Shown: positions 1 to 12,430 of the stretch, piece after piece | Numbering within the stretch: the stretch's first letter is position 1 | How the letters are laid out: each line of letters opens with the position of its first letter | Position numbers and translations under genes: made by a program | Notes under the pieces: model-generated | The model's input: only the letters and a program-made list of their open reading frames with translations | What the model was told of the DNA's origin: nothing | Databases searched by the model: none | From: Macrostomum lignano | Taxonomy: Eukaryota | Direction of reading: 5' to 3' | Assembly: GCA_002269645.1 (NCBI GenBank) | Contig: NIVC01002003.1 | Location: 150,041 to 214,040, forward strand | DNA length: 64,000 bases

Positions 1-1139
1 CAGTTTGTGCCACAGACATAAAGTTCTGCTTGACTTGGGGACGGATTCTGAAATTTGGCTCTTCCCTTCTTGTCTAATTTGAATGCCCGCAGTTCAAACT
101 TGACTGCAAAATGCTATACTTTTACCCAGACGCAATAACAAAATATGTTGGCCATTATTCCACAGTTTTGATGTGTACCATAGACATTTGGATTGAAAAA
201 ATCATCGCACAGTATTTTTGTTAATAAATACAGAACAGCAAGAAGTAAATGATCAAAAAGGAAAAAAATCCTTTCCTTTCCTTTTCATTCCTTCTCGTTG
301 CAACAGGAGTCGCTTTTCTCTATCGGGCGCACTTTCATGCTGACTGCGTTGCTTAGCCTCTCTACTTTAACTTCTGCGCTCTTGCGCTTACGTTTAGTCA
401 TGGAGGTGCTTCGAAATGTAAAAGTCTGACTTATAATTGAATTTTTATAAAGGACATATTCAAAAACGGACTAATATAAAGAAGCGATGGCTGAAGATTT
501 TTTGTTGAGTGTCGCAAGAGCCGCAACTTAAACTGTGAATTTTTTCGATTATTCTCAACGACAGACGATAAATCAGCCCTCACTGCGAAAAAATTGATCG
601 AATTGGGGAAATACCAGTTTTTCACCTTTTCAGGTGCTTATAGCTAATGGCCAGCACAAGTTCATGCAGTGAAAATCAACCCATTAACCAATCGTCAGAT
701 TTTGTGCGGTTCACAATCAGCAACATCAACAAGTCGCCATCACAGAAGATTCCATCTGTGGTCGCCCCTTTTGAGAGTGCAGGTGAAGTCTCTCCATCTT
801 TGCGACTCACGCAACTTGCTACGCCGCGGTAGGCTTGAGTTGAGGAAAGAAGTGAGGGGAATTGCGGTGTGCGAGGGTTTTGTTGGATGGATTAAAAGCC
901 ACCCAATCAGTCTTCCCATGGGGGCTTAATGCGCTACAAGTATACTAAACAAATAATTTAAGAAAAATCTTTTTATAGTAGCTATATCTCTGCCTAGAGA
1001 ATAGCAAATTAAAGCCTCCATCTAGCTTTTAAAGCTGTGTTTTTATTCAGTACGAGCGTAGAGCCTCTCCAATGTGTAGAAAAGATATGCTGGTATAGAC
1101 TGAGCAGTGCCCGAGCAGTAATTTTTTTCTTATTATACA

Positions 1140-3430
1140 TATACTACTGGTCCACCAAGTCCTATCACCTATTCATGCACTACTGCCTGTCCTTTTTCTT
1201 AGCCTCTCTCCATTGTCCATCCGTTCTATTATTTCAGGTCATCCTCCCACTGTTTTTTCGGTCTTCCTCTTCTTCCTTCACCTTCCAATTCTCCTTGACT
1301 ATACAGGCATTTGCCATTGCTCCCTTCCTCGTCTGATTTGAGCTTCCTCCGCTTAATGATCTCCTCCACAGTTTCTAGTTCCTTTCACAATACCTCTTTA
1401 ACTTTTCTCCAGACCCTGGCTTTTGTCTTTTTCTCTTTTCATGAAATCCTTAGCATTCTTCTGTAACATTTCGTTTCAAACGCTTTGAGTGTCTGCATAA
1501 TTTTCTTCCCCAGGGTCCATGCAGCTCTCGCACCCATAGAGCAGCGTCGCCTAGGTGACCGCCTTTGTAATAGTGAGGTGATTCTTCAAACCGACTCTAC
1601 GGAAGTCGAAGTGTATCAAGCCTGATCATTGAGCTGGTTGCCGTCTGAAAACCGCAAGTTTTTTATATTCCTCCGCAGCTGATTCCGACCTCATCCAGTT
1701 CCTCAATGGGTTCTGTCATTATCCGTTCCAGGAAAGATTGCAGAGAGAGTAGGTTATGGAACGCATCCTTGTCTCACTCCCACCGTTGCCCTAAACCAGT
1801 CGCTGCACTTGTCGCCTGCCATAACCTTGGTCTTAGCTTCTTCATACAGTCGCTTAATTACTCTTGTGATGTCTTCCTCCGATGTTGTATTTTTTCATTG
1901 TGTGCAAAGCGCTTCGCGCCACATCTTGTCAAAGGCTTTTTTGAAGTCTATGAAATTGTGACAAATGATCCTTTGGTGATTTCTAGCCTTTTCACACAAT
2001 AGTCGCAAGTTAGTAATTTGCTCTGTAGTGCTCTGGTCCTTTCTGGTCCACTGTGATGGCCATTCTCCGCTTTTGAGGATTTTGTTGCAGAGCCTGTGCA
2101 ATAAGTCACCATATTATCACTTGAATCAATTCTGCGTTGATGTTGTCCACTCCTGCACTCTTGTTTTTCTTTAGACTTTTTATTGCAGCCTCTACCTCTG
2201 ATCTCAGAAACTCGCATTCCGGGTTTTCTTCCATCTCTCTCAACGTCTCCCCCAGCACGTTTTTGTCTACTTTCGTCTTTTGATTATACAGTTCGCTGCA
2301 GTGTTCTTTCCATCTTTGCACCACCTCTCGGCTTCCAGTTAGGGTCTTTCCTTCCCGGTCTTCTACAACATTCATTTGTTTTTTGCGTCTTTCCGTCAGG
2401 TTCTTGATTGTTTTATAGGCCTCTCTCGTGTTGTTACTCTCAAAGTTGCTTTCCACCAGTCTGGCTTATTCCTCTGTCCATTCTTCTTTTGCTGTTCTCA
2501 GCTGCCTACGCACTTACTTGTTTTCTTTTCTGTACTCGTCTACCTGTTTCTCCCCTCATGCCTTTTGCTTCGTAGCTCACGTCGCCTGTTGCAGCTATCG
2601 AGGACCTCTTTGGTAATCCATGGCTTCCTGATTTTCGACGCTTCCTCAGAACTTTATCTGCTGCCTCCGTCATGCCATTTGTGAATTCAACACACAAACT
2701 TTGTGGCTGCTGCTGCAGGTCTTCTGCGAGTAGTAGCAGAGCCGCAAGTCTAGATGCAAGTTGGCTCTGGAATGTTCTTGTCCTTCAGCTTCTCCAGGTC
2801 AAAGTATGTTCTACTTTTTACTACTCGTTACTTCGTGGAAAGTCTCAGCTTGACAGTTTTCGTGACGAGATCGTGGTCGCTGCCTTTATCCTACCGTCTG
2901 GTGCATTCCAAGTTACCCGCCTTGACTGTTTGCAGTCATGAAGAGTGTTTGAAGCCACCATGCAGCTTCTTCCTTCCTGCAAATTCAAGCAGCTTCATAT
3001 TGGACACCTCTCTCCAATTGTAGTGCTGAAAGGCTTGCTCGCAATCCTGATTGAGATGATCCTTTCCAAAACTGGTGTGCACTGCAGTACAGACTTTGCG
3101 GCTCTCTTCTCCACTTTGAATCCAACTCCGTGCTGTTTCTTGCTCTCCTATCTGCAGTATCATACCTTGTGTCCTTTCTCGGTTGGGTATTCTCCTGTTC
3201 CAGTCCAGCTCAGCTCTGATATCACGACCACATTCCATCCTTATATTCTCCGATTCTCTATCCAACAGTTCTATTTTTCCAGGCTGGGATAGACATCTCA
3301 CATTGCAAGTTAAAATCATCAAAGATATTCTAACTTTTGCTATACCTTGAGCAAATTGTTCTGATCCTTCGATTTTCTTTACTGCCAACCAGCGCGGATT
3401 TTTTAATCTTCTAAATGACTGAGTCGGTTG
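1140..3430 (-). mobile_element. Degenerate RTE-clade LINE (AP endonuclease + RT), copy 1
   Basis: Minus-strand ORF fragments: ILTCNVRCLSQPGK (APE start), EVEAAIKSLKKNKSAGVDNINAELI, GEWPSQW, NFIDFKKAFDKMWREAL (RT). Multiple frameshifts and internal deletions. Confidence 0.85.
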
Positions 3431-4725
3431 CAAGACTTGGCTTATATTTTAAACCAGACATCTGAGAGAGTCGGAGGGAGGAACATGCGCCGTCTATTTA
3501 TAATCATGCATAGGTGGGGATGGGGTGCGCGGGGTAGATCATTTAAACAAAGGGTGGTTAATACACAAAGGTGCTCGTTTAAACAAAACTATTACAACTT
3601 TAAATAAAATAACTTTGTTACGGCGGCACTTCAAATTAGGGCCTGCCTCATGTGTAAAAAGAAGTCAGTTTTTCGATTAAACTTTATAAAAATTGGGCTT
3701 ATAATAAACTTCGAGAAAAATAATCATTAAGTTGCAGCGATCTGCGCACAGCATTAAGCATAAGAAACTAACGCGTAAATAGTAACTAAACTTCACAATG
3801 GGTGGGCGATGTACATGTATGTTTCCTATAAAAAATTGTTTCTGCGTTCAAATGTACATAACTCGTAAATACAGGTGCAGTCATCCTCAAAACTTTCAGA
3901 CCGATTTTCGCATACATAATTTGTTCGAGACTGAAGACAAGAAACCTTGTTGAATCAATGTGTCACGTTTAGAATCAAGCAACTGACAATTAAGACTGTG
4001 GAAACTTAAAAGTTGAAGCATTATAACAAAGCTATACATTATATAAAACAGCCAATTATGAAGATAAACAAAGTACCGGCACTAACTTTGCTTATCATCA
4101 AATAATTTTTTAATTTGTAATTAGTAATAAAACATAAGCTTTTTTAAAGTACAGGAGTTACTTTGCTATCGAATCAGTTGCCTTTAAAAATTTATGTTTC
4201 AGGCATTGTGGCGCCTAATTTAAAGCACTTTAATCTTTAATCTTTAATCTTTAATTTAAAGAATTTTACATTCTACACTTCCAACGCGCAGTTAAAGACT
4301 TTTCTCATTATAATTAATTGCATGAAATGAAAATACAAATTAGTATATAGAACATTATATTTGCATCAAAATATAAATGATCGGGTAAAGTAGTTGTGTA
4401 TTAAAATTCGCCATCGTGTTTACAATATTCCTTTTGTTTAACCAACCTTATACTGTTGTCGATGTCGATGCCCGGACTCATTCGCTACATGAGGATTAGG
4501 AAATAATAATTCAGTTCAGGGTGTCACGTAGACTGGAAACTGTCTTCAAAGTCGCCTTCACGGAATAAAAATGATCGATCTTTAAGTCTCCTATACTCTT
4601 CCTCCCCAGTGAATACTTTCTCTGGTGCATGTGCTGTAAATACTATGCACTCAACTTTATTAATTAACATGCAACTCATCTGTGACCCCAATATGGATAT
4701 GCGAAATTCATCGACAACTGAGGAT

Positions 4726-5223
4726 TAGGACGCTGTATACAGTCGCAAATTAAATCGGGCGAATTCCACTGGAGACCGCGGTTTCAGCTGCAAAGTGCAC
4801 CGCGGCGAGATAGAAATTTTACGCATTTTAACGCTAAATTCACTCCACAATATTTCCTGGACTTTATTATTTTTAATGCAACAAGTTCCTGTTTCTGTCC
4901 TTGATGCACTCATAAGTTCTTGTTTGTCGACCAAACTTGTCTATGGAAAAACCGCGTTTAGCGCTGCCCAGTAAATTAAATCTTTGCAAAGTTCGATTAG
5001 AAATCACTACCGTATTTTTAGCGTTGAAAAAAACCCCCTGTGTAGTGACCCCTGTGTACACACAATTTCTTCAATTCTGGAACTTGAAAATTCAGATGCT
5101 GAGATATAGCGCTAATTCGGGGCTAAAAAACTGCAGAGATAGCACTTCCTATCCTGCTGATACACTATGTAGCGAAAAACGGCTTTCAGCACAATTTGCT
5201 CGATTTGCGAGCGTTGCGTCCTA
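4726..5223. mobile_element. Possible MITE with TA-GGACGC...GCGTCC-TA ends
   Basis: taggacgc at 4726-4733 and gcgtccta at 5216-5223, each with an inner tcgcaaat/atttgcga match; no coding capacity. Confidence 0.4.
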
Positions 5224-5305
5224 CTTCAGCTGTCCATAATAACATGTCCTTGAGCTCGGCTCGATTCCTGTGCTTAAGTTGTCACCCCTCTGTTTAATAA
5301 AATAT

Positions 5306-6210
5306 TCACACTAAACCGTAGCCCATAAATTCACACAGCTGAATGGGCATGCCATTCTGATTGACAATTCGAACGGAGCTGCCAATCCGCATGCAGGTGA
5401 AGTTGGCCACGGAGAACGGCACCGTCAGGCTCACTCGGTTGCACTCCAGGCCGTCTACCAGCAGGGAGAACTCGTTAAACCTGTCAGCGCAGCAGTCCTG
5501 CCTGTTGTAGATGGTCACGTGAGAGATCAGACTTTTGCTTGACAACTGGGCCTCCCACCAGGCGTCTCCAGAATAAGTGTGAGAGCAGGAACCAGTGAAG
5601 TAGTTCTGATCAGTGTTGCCATCGATGGCTTTGGAGCAGTAGGCCCCTCTAAACAGGGTGCTCTGATTGCAGCCAGTCAACTGCAGCTTAGAAAACTTGG
5701 AATTCTCTGCAAGATTTATTTTGTGTTAGCGGATACGAGCTATTAAGCAAATGCATGCATGTTGTCTGCTATGGATCCATAAGGTTTTCCCAGGAAGTTC
5801 AGAGACTATAGTCATTGTCAACTTAGTGCCAGAGAACTGAAAACATTCTTACCGCTGAACTGCTCAGCTGCTCCGAATGCAGGCCACCCCCGAAACTCAC
5901 CGATTCCTCTCCCGAACACGCCGACCGACTGGACTGCGGCCTGCCAGGTCTGTCGGGTGTACAGCTCCGTCATGTTGAACAGACGGCACAGGCCTTGCAG
6001 CCAGGCAAACCCGAAGCAGTCCGGTGCGTGGCTCAAGCATTGTAAGGCGCAGTCAGCATCGCTTCTAGCAGGAGACTCAAACAAGAAATTGGCTGGAAGC
6101 AGAGAGCTGTTGAGAACGATTTCGTTGAACTTGGCAAAATCGGTAGCGCAATCTACCTGACAGGTAACCATGCCAATCAGGAGCAACACTTCCAGAAGAA
6201 ACGAAGCCAT
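5306..6210 (-). CDS. Secreted PAN/apple-like + F-type lectin (fucolectin/FTP) protein, 2 exons (6210-5901, 5706-5306), 236 aa predicted
   Basis: Signal peptide MASFLLEVLLLIGMVTC; PAN-type Cys pattern DCALQC...DC...LC; phase-1 intron G|GTGAGT...cttgcag|AG joins the frames; FTP motifs AIDGN, SCSHT, WWEAQL, YNRQDCCADR, LCE. Confidence 0.85.
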
Positions 6211-7267
6211 TTGTTAATTTGCTTGGGTGTTCTAGTTGGGCGTCAGATACAGCTTTTTGGAAGAAAAATAATCGAGAAAATTGTTTTAATCATTTTTGTA
6301 AGGTGAACAGCTGACCAATCAGCGCCGAATTCCCTGCATCCAAGCTCTGGGATTGGGTGACGCTTCATAATTCTCTTTGCGCTGATGAGCTGAGGCCGGT
6401 ACTGAACAACAGGCCTTCCTACATTCAGCAATGAGGACTTATTCTACACCTCTAAAACTGCTCAGTAGTATAAATGTGCAGAATTCGTTTCAACACAAGC
6501 GTCAAAATAAGCGTGCTTCTTTCTGGTTTCCAATCCACCGATAGCTAGTATTGCTAGGAGTCCTTGTAAAATGGCATTCTCTTCCTATTCTAACTTGCAT
6601 CGAGGTGAGCAGCCACGCCTCATCCACGGAAGCTGCAGCATGCCAGCTCATTAAAATCGATGGCAAAGCATAAAGCCAGTTTTTTACTGCATGAATTCAA
6701 CCCGTATAAAGTAGAGAACCCTCCCAATGGCTTAGAGTTTATTCTCTGCCAACTAAAAATATTTCTGTAAAAAATCACTCAACCTACAGAATAGCAATTT
6801 AAAATTGTGCTTCTTATTCCAGTTCAGCCTTTCCTGTATTGCACAGAGACGCTGACAGAGACAGGATTAGGGAAATCAGGAAGCCTGGTGGCAGCGAATC
6901 TACCAATACACCTAAAAAATCCACTAAGTTCTAAAGTAGACAAACCAGTAGCCTAAACCGCAGGTACCACGCGTGTCCATTTATTTTAACCTAATTTTAA
7001 CCAGAATTTTATTTTAACCTAAGTTAATATTCTATAAAATGTATTCAGCGTTTTAATGCATTTTAGTCGTTTCAAAAAATACGGGAAATGCAATGCGGTC
7101 GTTAAAGACGGCAGTTAGCCAGCAGAAGGAGCCACAGTGAACCATCAAAGCGGAGCCTTGAGACCAAATTACAAGGGGCGCCGCCGTGGATTCTATCGTG
7201 GGGGTGGACAAAGCCAAGAATTCTACATAAAAATGTCTTACATTACTTTGAGTATCAGTGTTGCTAG

Positions 7268-8147
7268 CACTCATTTTGGCGCCGCAAGAAGGCACTGATT
7301 TTGGCGCTGCAGGCAGGCACTCATTTTGGCGCCGCAGGCAGGCACTCATTTTGGCGCCGCATGCACTGATTTTGGCGCCGCAGGCAGGCACTCATTTTGG
7401 CGCCGCAGGCAGGCATTCATTTTGGCGCCGCAAGAAGGCACTGATTTTGGCGCTGCAGGCAGGCACTCATTTTGACGCCGCAGGCAGGCACTCATTTTGG
7501 TGCCGCAGACAGGCACTCATTTTGGCGCCGCAGGCAGGCACTCATTTTGGCGCCGCAGGCAGGCACTCATTTTGGCGCCGCATGCACTGATTTTGGCGCC
7601 GCAGGCAGGCACTCATTTTGGCGCCGCAGGCAGGCACTCATTTTGGCGCCGCAGGCAGGCATTCATTTTGACGCCGCAGGCAGGCACCCATTTTGGCGCC
7701 ACAGACAGGCACTCATTTTGGCGCCGCAGACAGGCACTCATTTTGGCGCCGCAGGCAGGCACTCATTTTGGCGCTGCAGGCAGGCACTCATTTTGGCGCC
7801 GCAGGCAGGCACTGATTTTGGCGCTGCAGGCAGGCACTCATTTTGACGCCGCAGGCAGGCACTCATTTTGGCGCCGCAGGCAGGCACTCATTTTGGCGCC
7901 GCATGCACTGATTTTGGCGCCGCAGGCAGGCACTCATTTTGGCGCCGCAGGCAGGCATTCATTTTGGCGCCGCAAGAAGGCACTGATTTTGGCGCTGCAG
8001 GCAGGCACTCATTTTGACGCCGCAGGCAGGCACTCATTTTGGTGCCGCAGACAGGCACTCATTTTGGCGCCGCAGGCAGGCACTCATTTTGGCGCCGCAG
8101 GCAGGCACTCATTTTGGCGCCGCAGGCAGGCACTCATTTTGGCGCGG
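7268..8147. repeat. 25-bp satellite (caggcaggcactcattttggcgccg) with variant units and a 540-bp higher-order period
   Basis: Direct reading; the diagnostic variants gcaagaaggc and ttgacgccg...tggtgccgcagac recur 540 bp apart (about 7428/7968 and 7471/8011). Confidence 0.95.
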
Positions 8148-9360
8148 CAGGACCAACGTAAAGTTAGCCGCATGCCCAGCCTCACATTTTTAAAACAGTT
8201 TGCTCCACCCGTGGAAATGACTTAAATCATAGCGAAAAACTACACTAGCTTGGTCCAGAGGGTTTCAGACCTTCCCAAAGTAAAGCCTTGGTTCTGGACA
8301 CAAAATAAAATTCGTCAAAGCCGGAAAAATGCGGCTGGACCATTGGCTGGAATCCAGAAAGTGTAGGATGCGCTGAAAGTCTGGTCCACTTGCGGAATCT
8401 TGATTTCCTATCTATTTTGCATATTTTGGTACACTTTTGAGGCAAATCGGTTGGTTAACAAATATTCTACAGGCCTCCAAAGTTCGGAATTCCAACAAAT
8501 TGGAACATTTCCCTTTCTGTGGCTTACGGAGGGTTACAAAATCTTGGTCCAAAAAAGGAATATGAAACTACTACATCTGTTCTTTGATTTGACATAAGAA
8601 ATGGCCGTCTAAACTCATGTCTTGTTGAGATATAGCCACATGAACAATGTAACCGTCAGTTGAGCACATTGTAAAAAAATAATCGTAAACACATTAGTCT
8701 GCTCTCTGCTGATATGAAAAGGTTTGGAATTCTCTGTCAACATATTAAAAGAAAGTATCTAGACCGCTGCGTTCTTGCTGCGTTCAATTTGTTAATCTAC
8801 TTTTAATGCTCATTTTTAACACCGAACTCCAGTTAGACGCGTGCGCGAAGAACACAATGCAAAAGTACATGTAAGTGGAAAAACTGGGTCATCCAAGCAG
8901 GACACCCAATGCAAGATATTTATGTCTTGCACCCTTAATTTCAGGCGATTACCAGCTCTAGTTCATGAGACGCCCCTGCTCTGGTTCAGTGGGTGTCTCA
9001 GCTTTAGTTTTGGCGGCGCCTCAGCTCTAATTCAGGGAGCACTCCAGGTCTAGTTGAGGGACACTCCTGCCTAGGTGTGAGCAGTCACAGACTACTAGTA
9101 GTTGTTGCACTGTGCATTAAGTCTTGATATTTAAGTTCTGAAGTACTGAACTGAAGAAGCGTCGGCTGTTCAGAAAAGGTGCAAAAGCATAATTAAACTG
9201 ATTGCTGCTGTGTAAAACAAATTGGATGAGACGTGGATAGGGGTTAATGAGGACTCGGAATGGGCACGGAGTGACCTTAAGGAGGATTTGTTTTGTTTTG
9301 AGTTTTTTCACTACATATACACGAAAACGTTAACATTCCAGACTTCCCATAGTTTTACAA

Positions 9361-10236
9361 TTACGAATAACACAGAGTTCTAATTATTCGCATCATCGCT
9401 GCGTCGCTGTTGCGATCGAAGCCCTGTCTCCTAAGAGGCGGTTGTGGCTGCGCTTGCACCAGTTGCGGTTTTCGGTGTTGCCTGCGGCGTTCTCTCAGCG
9501 AAGTCGACGATGGCGCTGACGCGTCGCGATGTTGATTGTGCTGTTGTTGCGATGCTGGCAGGTGTTGCTTTGGATTCTCCTGCTTTCGCCGGCTGGCTGT
9601 TGAAACAGATACGGTTGACTGCAGCACAGACACCAGCGTAACGACCTGTTGTTGGATCGCTTTTTTCTCGCCATTCTCAGCCGCGGAGTCTGCTGAGTCC
9701 AAATCGACATTAGGTGTCTGCTGTGAAGATGGCACCCAGTCGTTTTTGTTTAGTTGTTCTTGTCGCCACGCCGACCCCTTCGACTGGTCGCCAACTACAA
9801 AACTGCCGTCTTTGGCAGCCGACGCGCCTTTAGCACCCTCGTCATTGACCTTTTCAGGCTGGCCGACGCTCACGTCATCTTTCTTCCTTGTTACACCACC
9901 GTTCTCTTCCTCCTCACAGTCGCCGCCGCTCGCCTCAACCTCCTTGCCATCCTCGCTTTTGTCGCCTTCCTCCTCGCTGCTGGAGCCCTCCTCGCCGTTT
10001 TGGCCCTCTTCGCTGATGTCGCCCTCCTCTTCATCGGCAATTTGCGGTCTCTTTTGCCGTCTTGTAGAGACCCCTTTCTCAACGGCGACTGACTTGATGA
10101 GCGTCGCCCTACTCAAAATTGATGGCAAAGGCGCAATGCCGCAACAACAAGATGCAGAGGCCATAGTCGATAGACTGAAGGAAGACTTGACGCACGAGCA
10201 AAGCATAGCAGCCTGGAGAAGGGCCGTGTCGTACAC
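9361..10236 (-). other. Unassigned 291-codon ORF with acidic/low-complexity core, overlapped by a 275-codon antisense ORF (9536-10363)
   Basis: Open frames only; no recognisable domain. Confidence 0.25.
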
Positions 10237-10383
10237 ATTGCACGATGTGACAAGATCAGGGTGGGTCTATCAGCAGGCGCAGCTACGCTGTGAAGTTTGC
10301 TGCATGGAAACCCGACTAGGATGGCCAGTCCAGACGAACCTACCGCGTGAATTCGGCAAATAATTTCGAAACATAAAACTATC

Positions 10384-11217
10384 TGTGACGTTGCCAGTTT
10401 AAGGTGGTCCCGAAAAGGGCCGTTGGACTGCTGTTTCTCTATAGTTTCAACCCTTCAGTTTCACCGTTTCAACTAAACTTTTCCATTTGTTTATTGCGAC
10501 GTTTACTTGTAGTAGTGCCCAACGATTTTGTGGCAATTTCTAATTCACTGTATATTTTGCTATCCTCTCTCGCGACCGTATAAAATTGGCACGATCGATA
10601 ATTTTAAGTTCTCTCGCCAGCCAATGAAAACCACTCGTGCTTCGCGCTACCCCCACTCTGCGCTCCTTTATTAACCCCCCCCCCGCCTGGCGGCGGGCAC
10701 TCCTCACTCCTGTCCGTCTTTTCTGTGCTTGTCTGTTCCTCCCTGTCTGTCCTTGGCCTTGTGTGTTTTTGCGCTCTTGTCTGGCTGCCTCGAGCCTCCT
10801 TATTTCTCGCCACGGCCCCTCTGTCTGGGCCAGCCTACTCACACGCTTACTTGACTGTCTCACGCCACGGCTGACGCCAATCTCGCCACTGCGTCTCACT
10901 GCCTTCACTGTGCTCATTGCCATTGCTCCTCACGTTACGTCGCCATTGCATCATTCGCCTGCCACTTGACTTCATATCCAAATTATATTCAACCCATTGT
11001 TGCAGCCGCCAGTGCCCAGAAAGCTATAGTTTGTGTATTGCCAGTAACAACCAAACCTAATATTGATATTAACAATAAAGACAACTACGTCAGTTCCTGC
11101 CTTTATCGCCAAGTGCTCCGCTACAAAATCCGCTTTACAAGAGTTGACTTCAACTTATTTTGAGACTACGACTTACTGCAACGCTTGTTAAAACGGCCCT
11201 CTTAAGGGTCACAGCCA
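10384..11217 (+). mobile_element. Dispersed ~830-bp repeat, probable solo LTR (family X), copy 1
   Basis: Starts TGTGACG, ends ...GGGTCACAGCCA; contains AATAAA; near-identical inverted copy at 43042-43841; no clean TSD found. Confidence 0.65.
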
Positions 11218-11719
11218 TAGCCGCTACGCCAATAACGTGACATATCGTTCATAAGCATTTGATTAACTTTCATCACTCAGCACCTATTACAGTTTGCTAT
11301 TAACCATTTATATTTTGCTATAATCATTACTTTTGTACATTCTTGTTATTAAATTTTGCAATAAACCATTTGTATTATAATCACTATACCTTTTGTATAT
11401 TTTTTTCGATAATCGGTTCTTTTGTTACACATGTAACTATTTATATTTGTTGCTACAAGTACTAGTAAAACACTTTGTTGCTATCGGTAAACTGTAATAT
11501 TGCCGTATTTACTCTGCACTTTTACCTTTCACTTAACGATTAATAATTTTTTCTCACTTAAATATTCGAAAATTAAGTAAAGGGAAGCCAGCTGAAGTAG
11601 GGTTTGGCTAATCTCCACTCTATTACTATAAGTAGCTTTATGCAAAATAAATTTACCGACCAATCATAGATTTTTTTCTATTATTTAATCCTAGTTTTGT
11701 TAAAATCTTAATCTAATTT

Positions 11720-12430
11720 TGTTTTAAGTTGTCCCCGCCAATTACGTTGCACCCCCACCCCCCATGATTTCTATATAAAGGCTTCGCCTGGCATGAAAAT
11801 AAAACAACTTCGCGGCGAGCTCCAGTTTATTCCTAGCTTGCCTCTTTTGCTAAAAGAACATTTTTGCTGAGAGCTGATCTTTGCTTATTCAGTTTTATTA
11901 CAAAGTAGAAGCTAAGGATAAAAAGCCGTACAGGCGACAGAGGTCGTATAGACTCGGGGTAGGAACTGGGAAAACAATGCGACCAGAAGCCACATAGGCT
12001 CAGAGGGGCAAAGCCGTACAAGGCGACAGAAGCCGCATAGGCTCAGAGGGGCAAAGCCGTACAAGGCGACAGAAGCCGCATAGGCTCAGAGGGGCAAAGC
12101 CGTACAAGGCGACAGAAGCCGGAGAGGCTCGATAGACGTAGACATTGAGAATTAGGCATTAAGCGCTAAGAGGCTGACAAATATTTGGTATTAGTGCTTG
12201 TCGCTGGAAACCCTTGATCTCCGGGAACGCCATAAATTCGGACTTAATTTAGGATTTTAGTAGTGTCTTACCGCTCGGGCACTAATCGCTATCACGAGAT
12301 TTCCAAGAAATCGAGTAAATTAGGGCAATCTTAAAACAGAAAGCTCTAGGGCCAGCACAACTTAGTGACGGACAGTGACGTCTCATAGGTAGAGTGAAGA
12401 GCTAGCACAACTTGGTGGCGCAGTAGGATT
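11720..12430 (+). mobile_element. Possible LTR of a decayed retroelement followed by a tRNA-Leu-like PBS
   Basis: TATATAAA at about 11772 and AATAAA at about 11799; TGGTGGCGCAGTAGGAT at about 12413 resembles a Leu-tRNA PBS with one base missing. Downstream sequence to about 14.7 kb has no readable gag/pol motif. Confidence 0.3.
11925..12130. repeat. 43-bp tandem repeat, about 4-5 units
   Basis: agccgtacaaggcgacagaagccgcataggctcagaggggcaa; period 43 (12011/12054). Confidence 0.9.

Noticed and set aside
1-110. Minus-strand ELYVCGTN after a ttttgcag acceptor, reminiscent of the semaphorin LYVCGTN motif
   Set aside because: It is truncated by the window edge and the preceding residues do not resemble a Sema domain; too little sequence to call.
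647-832. Short ATG-initiated ORF with plausible splice signals
   Set aside because: No recognisable domain and no downstream exon identified.
7053-8225. Long ORFs over the 25-bp satellite, and similar ORFs at 21.3, 22.4 and 30.1 kb
   Set aside because: Translation artefacts of tandem repeats lacking stop codons.
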